Positions 39,401 through 48,356 of a stretch of DNA of 64,000 nucleotides are shown piece after piece. The translations under genes were made by a program, and so were the position numbers. The stretch comes from Rhodothermales bacterium (GTDB taxonomy: Bacteria > Bacteroidota > Rhodothermia > Rhodothermales > Bin80), in NCBI GenBank assembly GCA_965208025.1, contig OZ242302.1:1936727-2000726 (forward strand). The letters run 5' to 3'. Numbering within the stretch: the first letter of the stretch is position 1; the number at the start of each line of letters is the position of its first letter. The notes under the pieces were generated by a model. That model did no database searches. It worked only from the letters and a program-made list of their open reading frames with translations, and had not been told where the DNA came from.

Positions 39401-42400
39401 GACAGGGATTCCCCACCCCAGGTGACGTTGAATCTGTCTCCGCCATCTATTTCAGAAAATGGCGGGAGTTCGACGGTCACAGCCATGCTGAGCGCTCCCT
39501 CCAGTGAACCGACCGAGATCATAATCTCAGCCGATCCTATCTTCCCCGCAACGGATGAGGATTATCTGCCGATCGTGGATCATATCCTGACGATTCCAGC
39601 ACTTGCGACTGCGAGTGAGGGAGGGGTGACGATCACGGCCGTAGACAATGCCATTGATGCGCCGGACAAGAGGGTTACCCTAAGGGGCAGCGCAATGAAT
39701 GATTTGGACGTTACGGGCCCCTCGGAGCGGACGCTCACGATCACAGATGACGACAATCTGTCAGGGATTCAACTTACGGTGACGCCTTCCTCCAATGTGA
39801 GTGAAGACGGTGGCACCACGCAGATCACGGTGACGGCAACCTGGGAGGTGGCGCGGAGCGAAGACACACAAGTGACGATTGCGCTGGAGTCCGGCACGGC
39901 GATCTTGGGGGTTGACTTTGCCCCGGTGGATCCCTTTCCCCTCACGATTCTTGCAAATGCGACGAACGGGACGGCGCGCTTTGAATTTACACCGCTCCCC
40001 GATGATCTGCATGAGCCAGAGGAGACGATCCATGTGACGGGATCCAGTCCGCTGGTGCCGGTGGAGCCGGGCACGCTCGCACTCTTTGATTCCGATCTGA
40101 CGCCGGAGGTGATCCTGGAACTGGTCCCGAGCGTCATTGAAGAAGGCGGCGAGTCAAGGATCTCCGCTCGTTTGACAGGCAAGTCCAGCGAGGCAACGAT
40201 GATCACGGTCTCGGCAAGCCATGATCTGCCCGTTACGGAGGAAGACTACGCGTTGAGTCCCGCCCGTACGCTAACCATTGCGGCGGGGGAGTTTACCAGT
40301 ACGGGAGCGGTCACGATCACCGCCGCGGACAATGCCATTGATGCGCCGGATAAGAGGGTCACCGTAAGCGGAACGGCAACGAATCAGAATGGCGTCATGG
40401 GGCCTGCGGATCAGACGCTCACGATCACGGATGAAGACGAAGCGACGGGCATCACGCTTGCGGTGAATCCTACCGAGGTTGATGAAGATGCAGAAAGCGT
40501 ACCGATCACGGTGACCGCAACGCTGGAGGGTGCGCAGCGGAGCACGCCCACGGAGGTGACCATTATGGTAGAAGACGCAACCGCCACCGCAGGAGAGGAC
40601 TATGAGGCCGTGGAGTCCTTTGCGCTCACGATTCCCGCCAATGCCTCCGAAGGGACAGGCACGTTTACGTTCGTGCCGACCGCGGATGAGACTCATGAGC
40701 CAGAGGAAACGGTGCACGTGACGGGGCGGAGCAGTTTGGGCGCCGCAGCGCCAGCCCTGCTCACGATCACGGATACAAATGACATGCCGGAGGTGATGCT
40801 AGTGCTGGATCCTGAAAGTATTCAGGAGAATGAGGAATCTTCAAGTGTGAGGGCGCGCCTGAATGTGGCATCAAGCGAAGTGACGGTGGTGACGATCTCT
40901 GCCGCGGCCATCCCCCCGGCGCGGGAGTCGGATTATAGGCTGATTGAACCCACTACACTTGCGATTGAGGCGGGCGAGATGGAGAGTGTGGGGGCGGTCA
41001 CGATCACGGCGGTGGATAATGCGGTTTCCTCGTCGGAGGACAAGCAGGTGACGGTGAGCGGCCAAGCGTCCAATCCATTGGAGGTAAAGGATCCAGAAGA
41101 TGAAGTGCTGACGATCACCGATGATGAAGGGCCGACGGCGTTCGAGCTTGAGGTGGACCCTCCTGTGGTGAATGAAGGCGATGAACCTCAGCCCGTCACG
41201 GTGACCGTAAAGCTCAACGCTCTGCGCGCTACCGAAACCACTGTGGGGATCACCGTAGCGGATGGCTCGGCCCTGACAGGAGAGGACTATACAGCTGTGC
41301 CACCATCCATTGACGTGAGGATTGCCCCGGATGAGACCACTGGCGAGGGAATGTTTGCGTTGACGCTAAGGGAGGATGCGCTGTACGAGCCCGATGAAAC
41401 GATCCTCCTTATCGGTACAAATGAAGCACTCGGAACGGTCGAGACCTCCCTCACCATCAAGGATGACGATGATGAGATTATTCTGGCGATTCAGGATACG
41501 ACGGTCATGGAGGGGGTCGGGATGGCCCGGGTCCGAATCACGGTGACTCCGGCGGCCCCGGCCGATCTAACGGTGCACTACCAAACGGCGGACGGGAGTG
41601 CCACGGAGGGAGCGGATTATACAGGCGTGGAGGAGGTCCTGACGATCTTGGAGGGGAGCGAGGAGGCATTCATTCCGATTCCGATTACGAACGATGACTT
41701 ATCGGAGGAAGACGAAACGTTCCGGATCCAACTCTCGGATCCTACGGGTGCCGTACTGGAACGAGATCAGGCAACGGTGACCATTGAGGAGGATGATGTG
41801 TACCGTTTACGTGTGGAAGATGCTTCGGCGCAGGAGAGCGATCCAGAGATGATCTTCACGGTGATGCTGGACCCTCCGAACCCCGCGCAGAGGGTACGGG
41901 TCCGGTATGAGACGCTAGACGGGACCGCAATTGCGGGCGTAGATTATGTGTCCCAAAGTGATGTGCTGGAATTTATGCCCAACCAGCCGAGCCGTGAGGT
42001 CAAAGTGCCTCTGGTGCCGGATGATGACCAAGAGGAAATGGACAAGTACTTTTTCCTGCAACTGTCCGATCCCACCCATGCGGTGGTAGACAACGAACAG
42101 GTCCGAGGCACGATTCTGGATGATGACGGGCTGCCGGTAGTCAACATCACGCCAGTGGTCTCCGTAGGGGAAGGGGACGGGATGGTCCGCGTTGAGGTCT
42201 CCCTAACGGGTCCGCTTCCCGAGCAGACGGTCAGTGTGGACTTTCGAGTCACTGAAGAAAGTGCCAAGCCCGCGCAGGATTATGAAGTACAGACTCGAAG
42301 CCCCCTGCGTTTTTCTTCGGGACAGAGGGTGCAGTCCATTGAGATTGAGATCATGGATGATGAACTCTTTGAAGGGGATGAAACGTTTCGGATTGTGCTC

Positions 42401-44653
42401 ATGGATGCAATGCATGGGAGGCTGGGGGAGTCCACCCGTCGCGTCACCATTGAGGACAATGAACAGCCCGTCACCGTGCACATGGAGGGGGGGACGGTCA
42501 ACGAGTCGGCCATGGAGGCCGTCCTCCCGGTAATCCTGAGCGGCAAGGATGGCCGCGTGCGGACATTCAACTACCAGACGGAGGATGGATCTGCGGTAGC
42601 TGGGGAGGACTACACCGCCGGCATGGCCACTGTCACGATCCCGGCGGGTGAATTGCGTCGAGAGATCCGGGTTCCGATCCTGGACGATGAAATCCCCGAA
42701 CCGACCGAAACGTTTCGGGTGGTTCTACAGGGAGGAGAGGACATTCCGGAGGTGAGCGCACAGGTCACGATTCTGGACAATGAGGGGGCGCTCACGGTGG
42801 ATCTTGATGATGCGCGTGCCTCAGAGGGAGATGGGGCGATCCTGCTCCCCATTCGCCTCAGCCGGCCAAGCCTGCAAGCGGTCATGGTAGAGTTTGCCTC
42901 GTCGGATGGGAGTGCAACCGAGGGATCCGATTATGTCTCTTCCAAAGGGATTGTCATCTTTGAGGCGGGGAGTACGAACGGGAAGATCCGCATCCAGATC
43001 CTGGAGGATACGGAGGAAGAACCCGAGGAGACCTTTGCGGTGACGCTTTCCAATGCACGACATGCGGCACTTGGCAAAGGCACCGGGATCGGAACGATTG
43101 TGGACAATGACGGGGGCTCTAATGTCTCGGTCCAAAGCGTCACGGTCTCGCGAAGCGCCGCCATCTTTGAAATGAACCTGTCCAAGCCCTCCACCCTGCC
43201 TGTGCTGGTCAGCTATGCCACCGAAGACGGGACAGCGCTGGCGGGAGAGGATTATGAACCCACCGCCGGGCAGGTGACCTTTGCACCAAGCGAGGTCTCC
43301 AAGACGATTGACGTGAAGCTACTCTCGGGTGAGCGCATCTGGGAGGCGAAGACGTTTGCACTGGTCGTGCTCTCGGCCGTGAATGCAGAGGTCGCGCAGG
43401 CGCGCACGGAAGCGGTGATGGAAGAGGAGAGCGAGGAGAGCATCCAGAATGCGTATGTGGCCCGCGTGCTTCGGACCTGGGCATCCCAACTTGTGGATGC
43501 ATTGTCCCGGCGGATGGAGGGGATGGCGCAGTGCCAGATCCCGGACCTGACATGGCTGCGTGATGGGAGAGCGCGTTGGTCGCTCGGCGAAATCTTTCGC
43601 GGGTGTGGGGCCGAATTTACGCAGGGAGGATGGAGCGTCTGGGGGCAGGGTGCCTATTCGCGTATGCGTGGACAAGATGGTGCGCTCTCGTTGCGTTCGG
43701 ATGTCACGACCATGCTCCTGGGCGCTGACTATGCATGGGATCAGGGATGGATGGCGGGACTCGTCGCCGCACAAAGTTGGGATCAAGGCACCTATGAGAC
43801 GCCAGCGCGCGCTGGCACAGCATCCTCACGATTGACGGGTTTCTATCCCTATGTCAGTTATCAAACGGGAGCGGGCATGCGTGCGTGGATGCTCTTGGGA
43901 TTGGGACGAGGGGAGTCTGAACTGGAAGCCCTGGAAACGGAACTGGATGCAGCGCTGGTTGCGCTCGGGCTGACAGGAACCCTGACGGGCAGCACCACGG
44001 GGCGGTTGGGCTACGAAGTGGATGCCTTCTGGGCGACGGCGGACATGGAGACGGGAACGGATCTAGGCGTCCGGCGGGTCCGGGCAGGTGTGGAAGGGAG
44101 TCTGCGATTGGGAGCGGGCATGGAGCCCTATCTGGAAACTGCGCTTCGGCAGGATGGAGGCGATGCCGAGACAGGACTGGGCATAGAGCTCGGGGGAGGC
44201 ATGCGCTGGTCAGCGAGTCAGTTGCGCGCGGAGGTTGGGGGTCGGACCCTGGTGCTACATACCGATGAAGGACTGCGCGAATGGGGACTGATGGGATCCG
44301 TTGAGTATGGAACGCCGGGCGGGCTGGGCCCCTCTATGCGGGTACGTCCGCTCTGGGGGAATGTGTACGGGGGAGATCTATGGCGCGAAGCACCGCTGCA
44401 TACCATAGGCGTGGGAAGCACGGATCAACGCGTTGAGATGGAACTGGGGTATGGGGCGCCGATCCAGAAAAGCATTGGGCAATCCATTGTGGGAATGACA
44501 GTGGATCCGAGTGGACGCGCTTATCGGGTTGGATACAACGTGCGCATGCGCCAAGGACTGCAAGTCTCGGTCGCGACGACCGCACGCACGATGGAGGCAA
44601 ATGAGGCCCCACCCTCGTACGGACTCAGTGCACGCATGGATCTGAAATGGTGA
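36407..44653 (+). CDS. giant surface protein: signal/TM + leucine-rich repeats + 18 Calx-beta-like modules + C-terminal autotransporter-like beta-barrel
   Basis: 2748-aa ORF. The likely real start is M14 at nt 36446 (MSRSFLSCSGLVVGFILLFFVQ). LRRs (LxxLxLxxNxLxxLPxxLFxGL) span about nt 36640-37290. Twelve alternating A/B Calx-like modules span about 37352-41472, and six canonical Calx-beta modules (DGSA.eG.DY...DDxxxExDExF) span about 41473-43430. A Trp/Gly/Tyr-rich beta-strand region spans about 43560-44650 and ends in ...SARMDLKW. Confidence 0.85.
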   Translation: MDSPPKSLYVKKIMSRSFLSCSGLVVGFILLFFVQDVTSQTIVNICDRTDKIRDEILAQIPNQTDCATVTADQLLGITSLNFRIKRIRELQEGDFAGLTNLQFLGLINRGNPFNRPEYSTLPENLFAGLSNLTSLSLENSEIRTLPENIFTPLTNLKNLDLQSNSGLTLYADLFNGLSKLKSLDLALINLNKSLSANLFAGLSSLETLDMHNTRLNSLPVNLFTGLTNLKNLKLDFNSFSELRTDFFADFSGLQLLELQFNSFKTLPSNFFDGVSGLHVNLTNNPLECLPQKILDLISMGTITISHTSGDLMACQFPEVMLALSEDMILEGEFTTVTATLDQESTEETTVTVTVTPDSPDTDDFAMLSTNAVLTFAAGETESSGVVTITAVDDDIYTGTHIFHIGGMSENDLGIYGPASVQLTITDDEIEPSVTLLVVPDEVREDAGATNVTVTAMLNAAQTTDTEIRVSVESGTATSGIDFELVSPLFMTIVAGETVSFSQGFRFVPIQDTDVDEGDETVQLIPASPIQINTPATLTILDVPPPSVVSLELDEERISENGGRALVEATLSPASTAVTTVEVSVTPVSPATESDYEPLTTTTLTIAAGETSSTGAVTITAVDNDVDAPDKMLRVRGEATSVESVVSPPPRELTIEDDDQATEVTLTISPEEVLEDAGSVPITVTAELDVLRGEDTEVNVSLADGTANVGDDFTAVPTFTITIPGGESEASETFRFMPTNDNVDEPDETVQVTGTTPVDGLAVAPAEVTILDATEMPIVTLALAQPMIEENGGSTTVTAHLDAASSTPTEITVSVMPNAPATPADYNLSTNRTLTIPPEATESTGLVTITARDNNIDAMDKTVRVQGRAMNAQPVTDPADETLTITDDDDVSEVKLSVFPEEVNEEDGPTTVRVTASIENPRAEATMVTIAVRSGTATSGDDFAPVNSFPLTIPIDATSETGAFTLNPTPDEIHERDETILITGSSALGTDSQTLLYLRDRDSPPQVTLNLSPPSISENGGSSTVTAMLSAPSSEPTEIIISADPIFPATDEDYLPIVDHILTIPALATASEGGVTITAVDNAIDAPDKRVTLRGSAMNDLDVTGPSERTLTITDDDNLSGIQLTVTPSSNVSEDGGTTQITVTATWEVARSEDTQVTIALESGTAILGVDFAPVDPFPLTILANATNGTARFEFTPLPDDLHEPEETIHVTGSSPLVPVEPGTLALFDSDLTPEVILELVPSVIEEGGESRISARLTGKSSEATMITVSASHDLPVTEEDYALSPARTLTIAAGEFTSTGAVTITAADNAIDAPDKRVTVSGTATNQNGVMGPADQTLTITDEDEATGITLAVNPTEVDEDAESVPITVTATLEGAQRSTPTEVTIMVEDATATAGEDYEAVESFALTIPANASEGTGTFTFVPTADETHEPEETVHVTGRSSLGAAAPALLTITDTNDMPEVMLVLDPESIQENEESSSVRARLNVASSEVTVVTISAAAIPPARESDYRLIEPTTLAIEAGEMESVGAVTITAVDNAVSSSEDKQVTVSGQASNPLEVKDPEDEVLTITDDEGPTAFELEVDPPVVNEGDEPQPVTVTVKLNALRATETTVGITVADGSALTGEDYTAVPPSIDVRIAPDETTGEGMFALTLREDALYEPDETILLIGTNEALGTVETSLTIKDDDDEIILAIQDTTVMEGVGMARVRITVTPAAPADLTVHYQTADGSATEGADYTGVEEVLTILEGSEEAFIPIPITNDDLSEEDETFRIQLSDPTGAVLERDQATVTIEEDDVYRLRVEDASAQESDPEMIFTVMLDPPNPAQRVRVRYETLDGTAIAGVDYVSQSDVLEFMPNQPSREVKVPLVPDDDQEEMDKYFFLQLSDPTHAVVDNEQVRGTILDDDGLPVVNITPVVSVGEGDGMVRVEVSLTGPLPEQTVSVDFRVTEESAKPAQDYEVQTRSPLRFSSGQRVQSIEIEIMDDELFEGDETFRIVLMDAMHGRLGESTRRVTIEDNEQPVTVHMEGGTVNESAMEAVLPVILSGKDGRVRTFNYQTEDGSAVAGEDYTAGMATVTIPAGELRREIRVPILDDEIPEPTETFRVVLQGGEDIPEVSAQVTILDNEGALTVDLDDARASEGDGAILLPIRLSRPSLQAVMVEFASSDGSATEGSDYVSSKGIVIFEAGSTNGKIRIQILEDTEEEPEETFAVTLSNARHAALGKGTGIGTIVDNDGGSNVSVQSVTVSRSAAIFEMNLSKPSTLPVLVSYATEDGTALAGEDYEPTAGQVTFAPSEVSKTIDVKLLSGERIWEAKTFALVVLSAVNAEVAQARTEAVMEEESEESIQNAYVARVLRTWASQLVDALSRRMEGMAQCQIPDLTWLRDGRARWSLGEIFRGCGAEFTQGGWSVWGQGAYSRMRGQDGALSLRSDVTTMLLGADYAWDQGWMAGLVAAQSWDQGTYETPARAGTASSRLTGFYPYVSYQTGAGMRAWMLLGLGRGESELEALETELDAALVALGLTGTLTGSTTGRLGYEVDAFWATADMETGTDLGVRRVRAGVEGSLRLGAGMEPYLETALRQDGGDAETGLGIELGGGMRWSASQLRAEVGGRTLVLHTDEGLREWGLMGSVEYGTPGGLGPSMRVRPLWGNVYGGDLWREAPLHTIGVGSTDQRVEMELGYGAPIQKSIGQSIVGMTVDPSGRAYRVGYNVRMRQGLQVSVATTARTMEANEAPPSYGLSARMDLKW
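37352..43430 (+). repeat. array of 18 Calx-beta-like coding modules (~110 aa each)
   Basis: Repeated ...TITDDD / ...TILD module boundaries are read from the translation. Modules 1-12 alternate between two sub-types: A is ...ENGGS..V.A.L...S....I.VS......A...DY...., and B is ...V.EDAG...ITVTA.L.......T.V.....GTA..G.DF. Confidence 0.8.
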
Positions 44654-44876
44654 TCCGGGGAGGATCACCAGTCGCTGTTGGATCAAACATCTTTATTACG
44701 ATCCCCAGTCCTTGGGGTAGAGCCATAATTTTCAGTCAGTTAGCTAAAATCAGACACATATATCCCATTGAATACGAGAGTGAGTAGTGTGGTTGGAGTT
44801 CTTACAAAATTCACCATTGACCAAAAACATAAGAGTTGAACCCCGGTTCACTACTCATAATAGCTTAACGTAACCC

Positions 44877-47800
44877 ATGGGAATCAATCGTCCATTTTCT
44901 CTACTGACGCTAAGCTTCATCTTGGTCTTACACTCTGGTAGTGTCCGAGTAGTTGCCCAGAATGTCTCAGAGACAGTGCCCCAAGTTGTAGTGGTTCAAT
45001 TTAAAGAAGGAATTGATTTTCAAGGAAAAACAGCTACGACGGGCTTGCAGGTTTTTGATCGCATGGCGGCAACGTATGGGGTGCATACCATTGAGCGAAT
45101 GTACCCAATGTTAGATCATGTAGAACCGACCCCAAAGATACGGGATAATCTGATGGCCCTGCGCCGCACCTACTATGTGCGCTACAGTGCCAGTGATCTT
45201 CCTCAAGAAGTTTCCAACTCCCTATCTCTCGCGCCTGGCATCGTCTACGCCGAACCCGTTCCTGTCATTCGTATTCATGAATCCGTTGACTGGGAGCGCA
45301 TTGATCCTAACGACCCCAGATTCGATGAACAGACACATTTGAATGTCCTAAACCTGCCAGAAGCCTGGAATGTGGTAAAAAGCGAAGATACGAATCCCCG
45401 AGTAGTAATCGCGATCGTGGACGGAGGAGGCGAATGGAGACACGAGGATCTTCGCGCCAATGTCTGGACGAACGAAGATGAAATACCGAATAACGGGATT
45501 GATGACGATAATAATGGATTCATTGATGATGTGCATGGCATTAACTTTGCCAATGAAGACGATAATGATCATGATCCAACAGGACTACGACTGAGTCCAC
45601 GAAATGCACGCCATGGCACTGCGGTTGCAGGGTCGGCCAGTGCAGTGACAGACAACAACATAGGCGTGTCAGGTGCGGCCTGGAATGCAGAACTCATGCA
45701 CATCAATGCGGGATGTGCCGAATCTGGATCTGATAGGACACTGTGCAGACCTTATCCTGGCGTTGTTTATGCTGCTATGAATGGCGCCGACATTATTAAT
45801 GCAAGTTGGGGCAGTCAACCGGGAGAAGACGAAGGGTTGTTTCGGTTCGTGGACCAGACGATTAACTTGGTTACCGACATGGGTGCATTGGTTGTAGCCT
45901 CGGCGGGAAATAGAAATGTAAGTCTGGATGTATCCCCCCAATATCCAGCGGTACACCCGCGTGTTCTCTCCGTGGGATCCATCAGGAATGATCGCATGAA
46001 AGCAGGCTCTTCCAACTACGGGAAACTGGTTAACGTATTTGCTCCTGGAGCCGGAATCACTACTACTAGTTCAAATAACGACTACACCATCACCAACGGG
46101 ACCTCACATGCGGCACCTCTGATTTCTGGAGTGGCCGCCTTGGTGAAGACAAGGTCCCCGAACCTGTCTGCAGATGCACTTCGGGAACAAGTCAGGCTTT
46201 CCAGTGAGAGCATTGACGCTGAGAATCCCAGTTTTGCCGGCCTAATGGGGAGGGGATTAGTCAATGCGCTGGCTGCCGTTCAAGAACCCAGCCTGCCCGC
46301 CATACGACTCCAGCGCTGGTCGTGGGAAGATCAGGATGGTGATTTGATCATAGAGTCTGGCGACCGTGTCACCATCGAAATGGTCATCGTTAACCATCTC
46401 GCCGATGCCAATCAACTCCGAGTGGAGCTTGTGGGAAGTCGCTCCTATCCATTTTTGCAGTGGTCCACATCCGAAGTTGAAGTTGGCACTCTTGCCAGCG
46501 GTGATGAAACCGAAATAACCTTTGAGTTTACCGTAGAGTCCAACTCTCCTTCCAACCCATTACTACGACTCTTCCTTAATATTCGTGACGGAGACTTTAA
46601 AGATAGGTTGGATCGGATTACACTTGGTGCTAACTCCCAACAACCAGCATCAGCGGTTTTCCCAAGTTTGCAGGCATTTTATCTAGCGACAGACGGCGAT
46701 AATTGGGCCCGCAATGACAACTGGGATCTTTCAAAAAGTCCGACCGCAGACGAACTTGAGAATTGGTTCGGGATCACGATGAACCAAGGATTATTGTCTC
46801 AATTATCCATGGGAAGAAATAACCTCAATGGGACCTTGCCTCCCGAACTTGCCAATCTAAGTGATCTTCAGATTCTTGAACTTTTTAATAATGAGAAACT
46901 TGCAGGCCAGATTCCTGCCGAACTTGGAACCCTCCCCCAACTGTGGGGGCTGTACCTTGAATCCAATTCCCTTTCTGGATTGATCCCAACGGAACTCGGA
47001 AACCTTGAACAACTCATTGACCTGCGCCTGCCCAATAATTCTCTCTCCGGGCCAATCCCGTCCGAATTCGGAAACCTTAAACAACTGGTTGGACTGATCC
47101 TGCATAACAATTTCCTTTCTGGGTCAATCCCACCCGAACTTGGGAATCTTTCTCAACTGGGGCAACTGTCCTTTGGTCTCAATGACCTTACTGGACCGAT
47201 TCCACCCGAACTGGGGAACCTTGAACATTTGGTGGATCTGGATCTGTCCCAAAATGCCCTCTCTGGATCCATTCCAGCCGAACTGGGGAAGCTTTCCAAA
47301 TTGGAACAGCTATATCTTCAAGGAAATAACCTCTCTGGGCCCATCCCTAGAAGTTTGATGCAATTAGATAACTTACAATTATTTTTTTTCGGTGGCCAAA
47401 GGGTTTGTTCTCCCCCTGATGATGAGTTTCAAACGTGGCTGAAAAGTATTCCGAGTACGTTTGGACCTGTATGTAGAGGATTCCAGTTTTTTAGTGTTAT
47501 CACGGATCAAGCATTCCCGCTTGGACTTCCTATTTCTCCGTTAATCCTGCCCGAGGCCCAAGGGGGTACTCCGCCGATCACCTACACTCTAACCCCCTCA
47601 CTCCCCACCGGGCTTGAATACGATTCATCAACCCGCACCATTCATGGAACGCCGTCGGTGGTTACCTCTACTCCAATTCCCTATACATTCAAGGCCACCG
47701 ATGCCAATGGTGCGGAGGCTACTGTGATTTTCAGTATTGAAGTCTTCGGCCCCGTCTCGTCGGAGCAGGAAGGATTACCAGAATTATTTGCGGTCTATGA

Positions 47801-48059
47801 AAATTATCCGAATCCTTTCTCAGAGTCCACGCTTCTGGTCGTAAACCTCCCCTGGCCTGCCACTCTGAATGTGGAGGTTTTTGATGTAACAGGACGGAAT
47901 GTACTTTCTCGGACTCCTGTGAATCTGACGGCTGGCTGGCGTCAAAGTATTCGTCTGGATGGCTCGGACCTACCCTCTGGCATATACTTATATCAGATTC
48001 ATGTTCAATCGGAGGTGGGAACTCAAACACAATCTGGTCGCTTCGTGCGGATGCAATAG
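44877..48059 (+). CDS. secreted S8 (subtilisin-like) serine protease with plant-type LRR array, Ig-like domain and T9SS C-terminal sorting domain
   Basis: The catalytic triad is in VVIAIVDGG, HGTAVAG and GTSHAAPLISG. There are about 8 LRRs of 24 aa (L.GPIPPELGNL.QL..L.L..N.LSG) at about nt 46790-47390. A putative Ig domain (PPITYTLTPSLPTGLEYDSSTRTIHGTP) follows. The C-terminus YENYPNPFSESTLL...GIYLYQIH...RFVRMQ is a T9SS type A sorting domain. Confidence 0.9.
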   Translation: MGINRPFSLLTLSFILVLHSGSVRVVAQNVSETVPQVVVVQFKEGIDFQGKTATTGLQVFDRMAATYGVHTIERMYPMLDHVEPTPKIRDNLMALRRTYYVRYSASDLPQEVSNSLSLAPGIVYAEPVPVIRIHESVDWERIDPNDPRFDEQTHLNVLNLPEAWNVVKSEDTNPRVVIAIVDGGGEWRHEDLRANVWTNEDEIPNNGIDDDNNGFIDDVHGINFANEDDNDHDPTGLRLSPRNARHGTAVAGSASAVTDNNIGVSGAAWNAELMHINAGCAESGSDRTLCRPYPGVVYAAMNGADIINASWGSQPGEDEGLFRFVDQTINLVTDMGALVVASAGNRNVSLDVSPQYPAVHPRVLSVGSIRNDRMKAGSSNYGKLVNVFAPGAGITTTSSNNDYTITNGTSHAAPLISGVAALVKTRSPNLSADALREQVRLSSESIDAENPSFAGLMGRGLVNALAAVQEPSLPAIRLQRWSWEDQDGDLIIESGDRVTIEMVIVNHLADANQLRVELVGSRSYPFLQWSTSEVEVGTLASGDETEITFEFTVESNSPSNPLLRLFLNIRDGDFKDRLDRITLGANSQQPASAVFPSLQAFYLATDGDNWARNDNWDLSKSPTADELENWFGITMNQGLLSQLSMGRNNLNGTLPPELANLSDLQILELFNNEKLAGQIPAELGTLPQLWGLYLESNSLSGLIPTELGNLEQLIDLRLPNNSLSGPIPSEFGNLKQLVGLILHNNFLSGSIPPELGNLSQLGQLSFGLNDLTGPIPPELGNLEHLVDLDLSQNALSGSIPAELGKLSKLEQLYLQGNNLSGPIPRSLMQLDNLQLFFFGGQRVCSPPDDEFQTWLKSIPSTFGPVCRGFQFFSVITDQAFPLGLPISPLILPEAQGGTPPITYTLTPSLPTGLEYDSSTRTIHGTPSVVTSTPIPYTFKATDANGAEATVIFSIEVFGPVSSEQEGLPELFAVYENYPNPFSESTLLVVNLPWPATLNVEVFDVTGRNVLSRTPVNLTAGWRQSIRLDGSDLPSGIYLYQIHVQSEVGTQTQSGRFVRMQ

Positions 48060-48356
48060 TTAGTGCACTCGGGCTGGATTTGCTTCGTGTGAGTCCGACT
48101 GAATACTCCCATTGACCTCCACATTGAATTTCCGTCCAGTACCTCCGCCGACCGCTGTCTCTGCGTCAAAGACAAAAGTACTTGTACAGATTCAGATAAT
48201 TTTGCTACTTTGCTATCAATCTGGAACCAGAATTGCACCGTCAAAACCGAAAACCTGTTTGGAGATTCTTCGCTCCGATAGTGATTTCTTGTAAGTCTTA
48301 ATCATGATCAAAAAGGATGATCTCTTTATAGATCAGCATCCTTTTCAATATGAACC

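Noticed and set aside
37648-44686. Dozens of 60-190-aa ORFs on the minus strand and in alternative plus frames inside the giant gene, for example 38750-39325, 39769-40206, 40271-40717, 43209-43553 and 43319-43786.
   Set aside because: All lie entirely within a single continuous 2748-aa ORF that has clear domain structure. Their Arg/Pro/Gly/Ser-rich composition is typical of shadow frames in GC-rich DNA.
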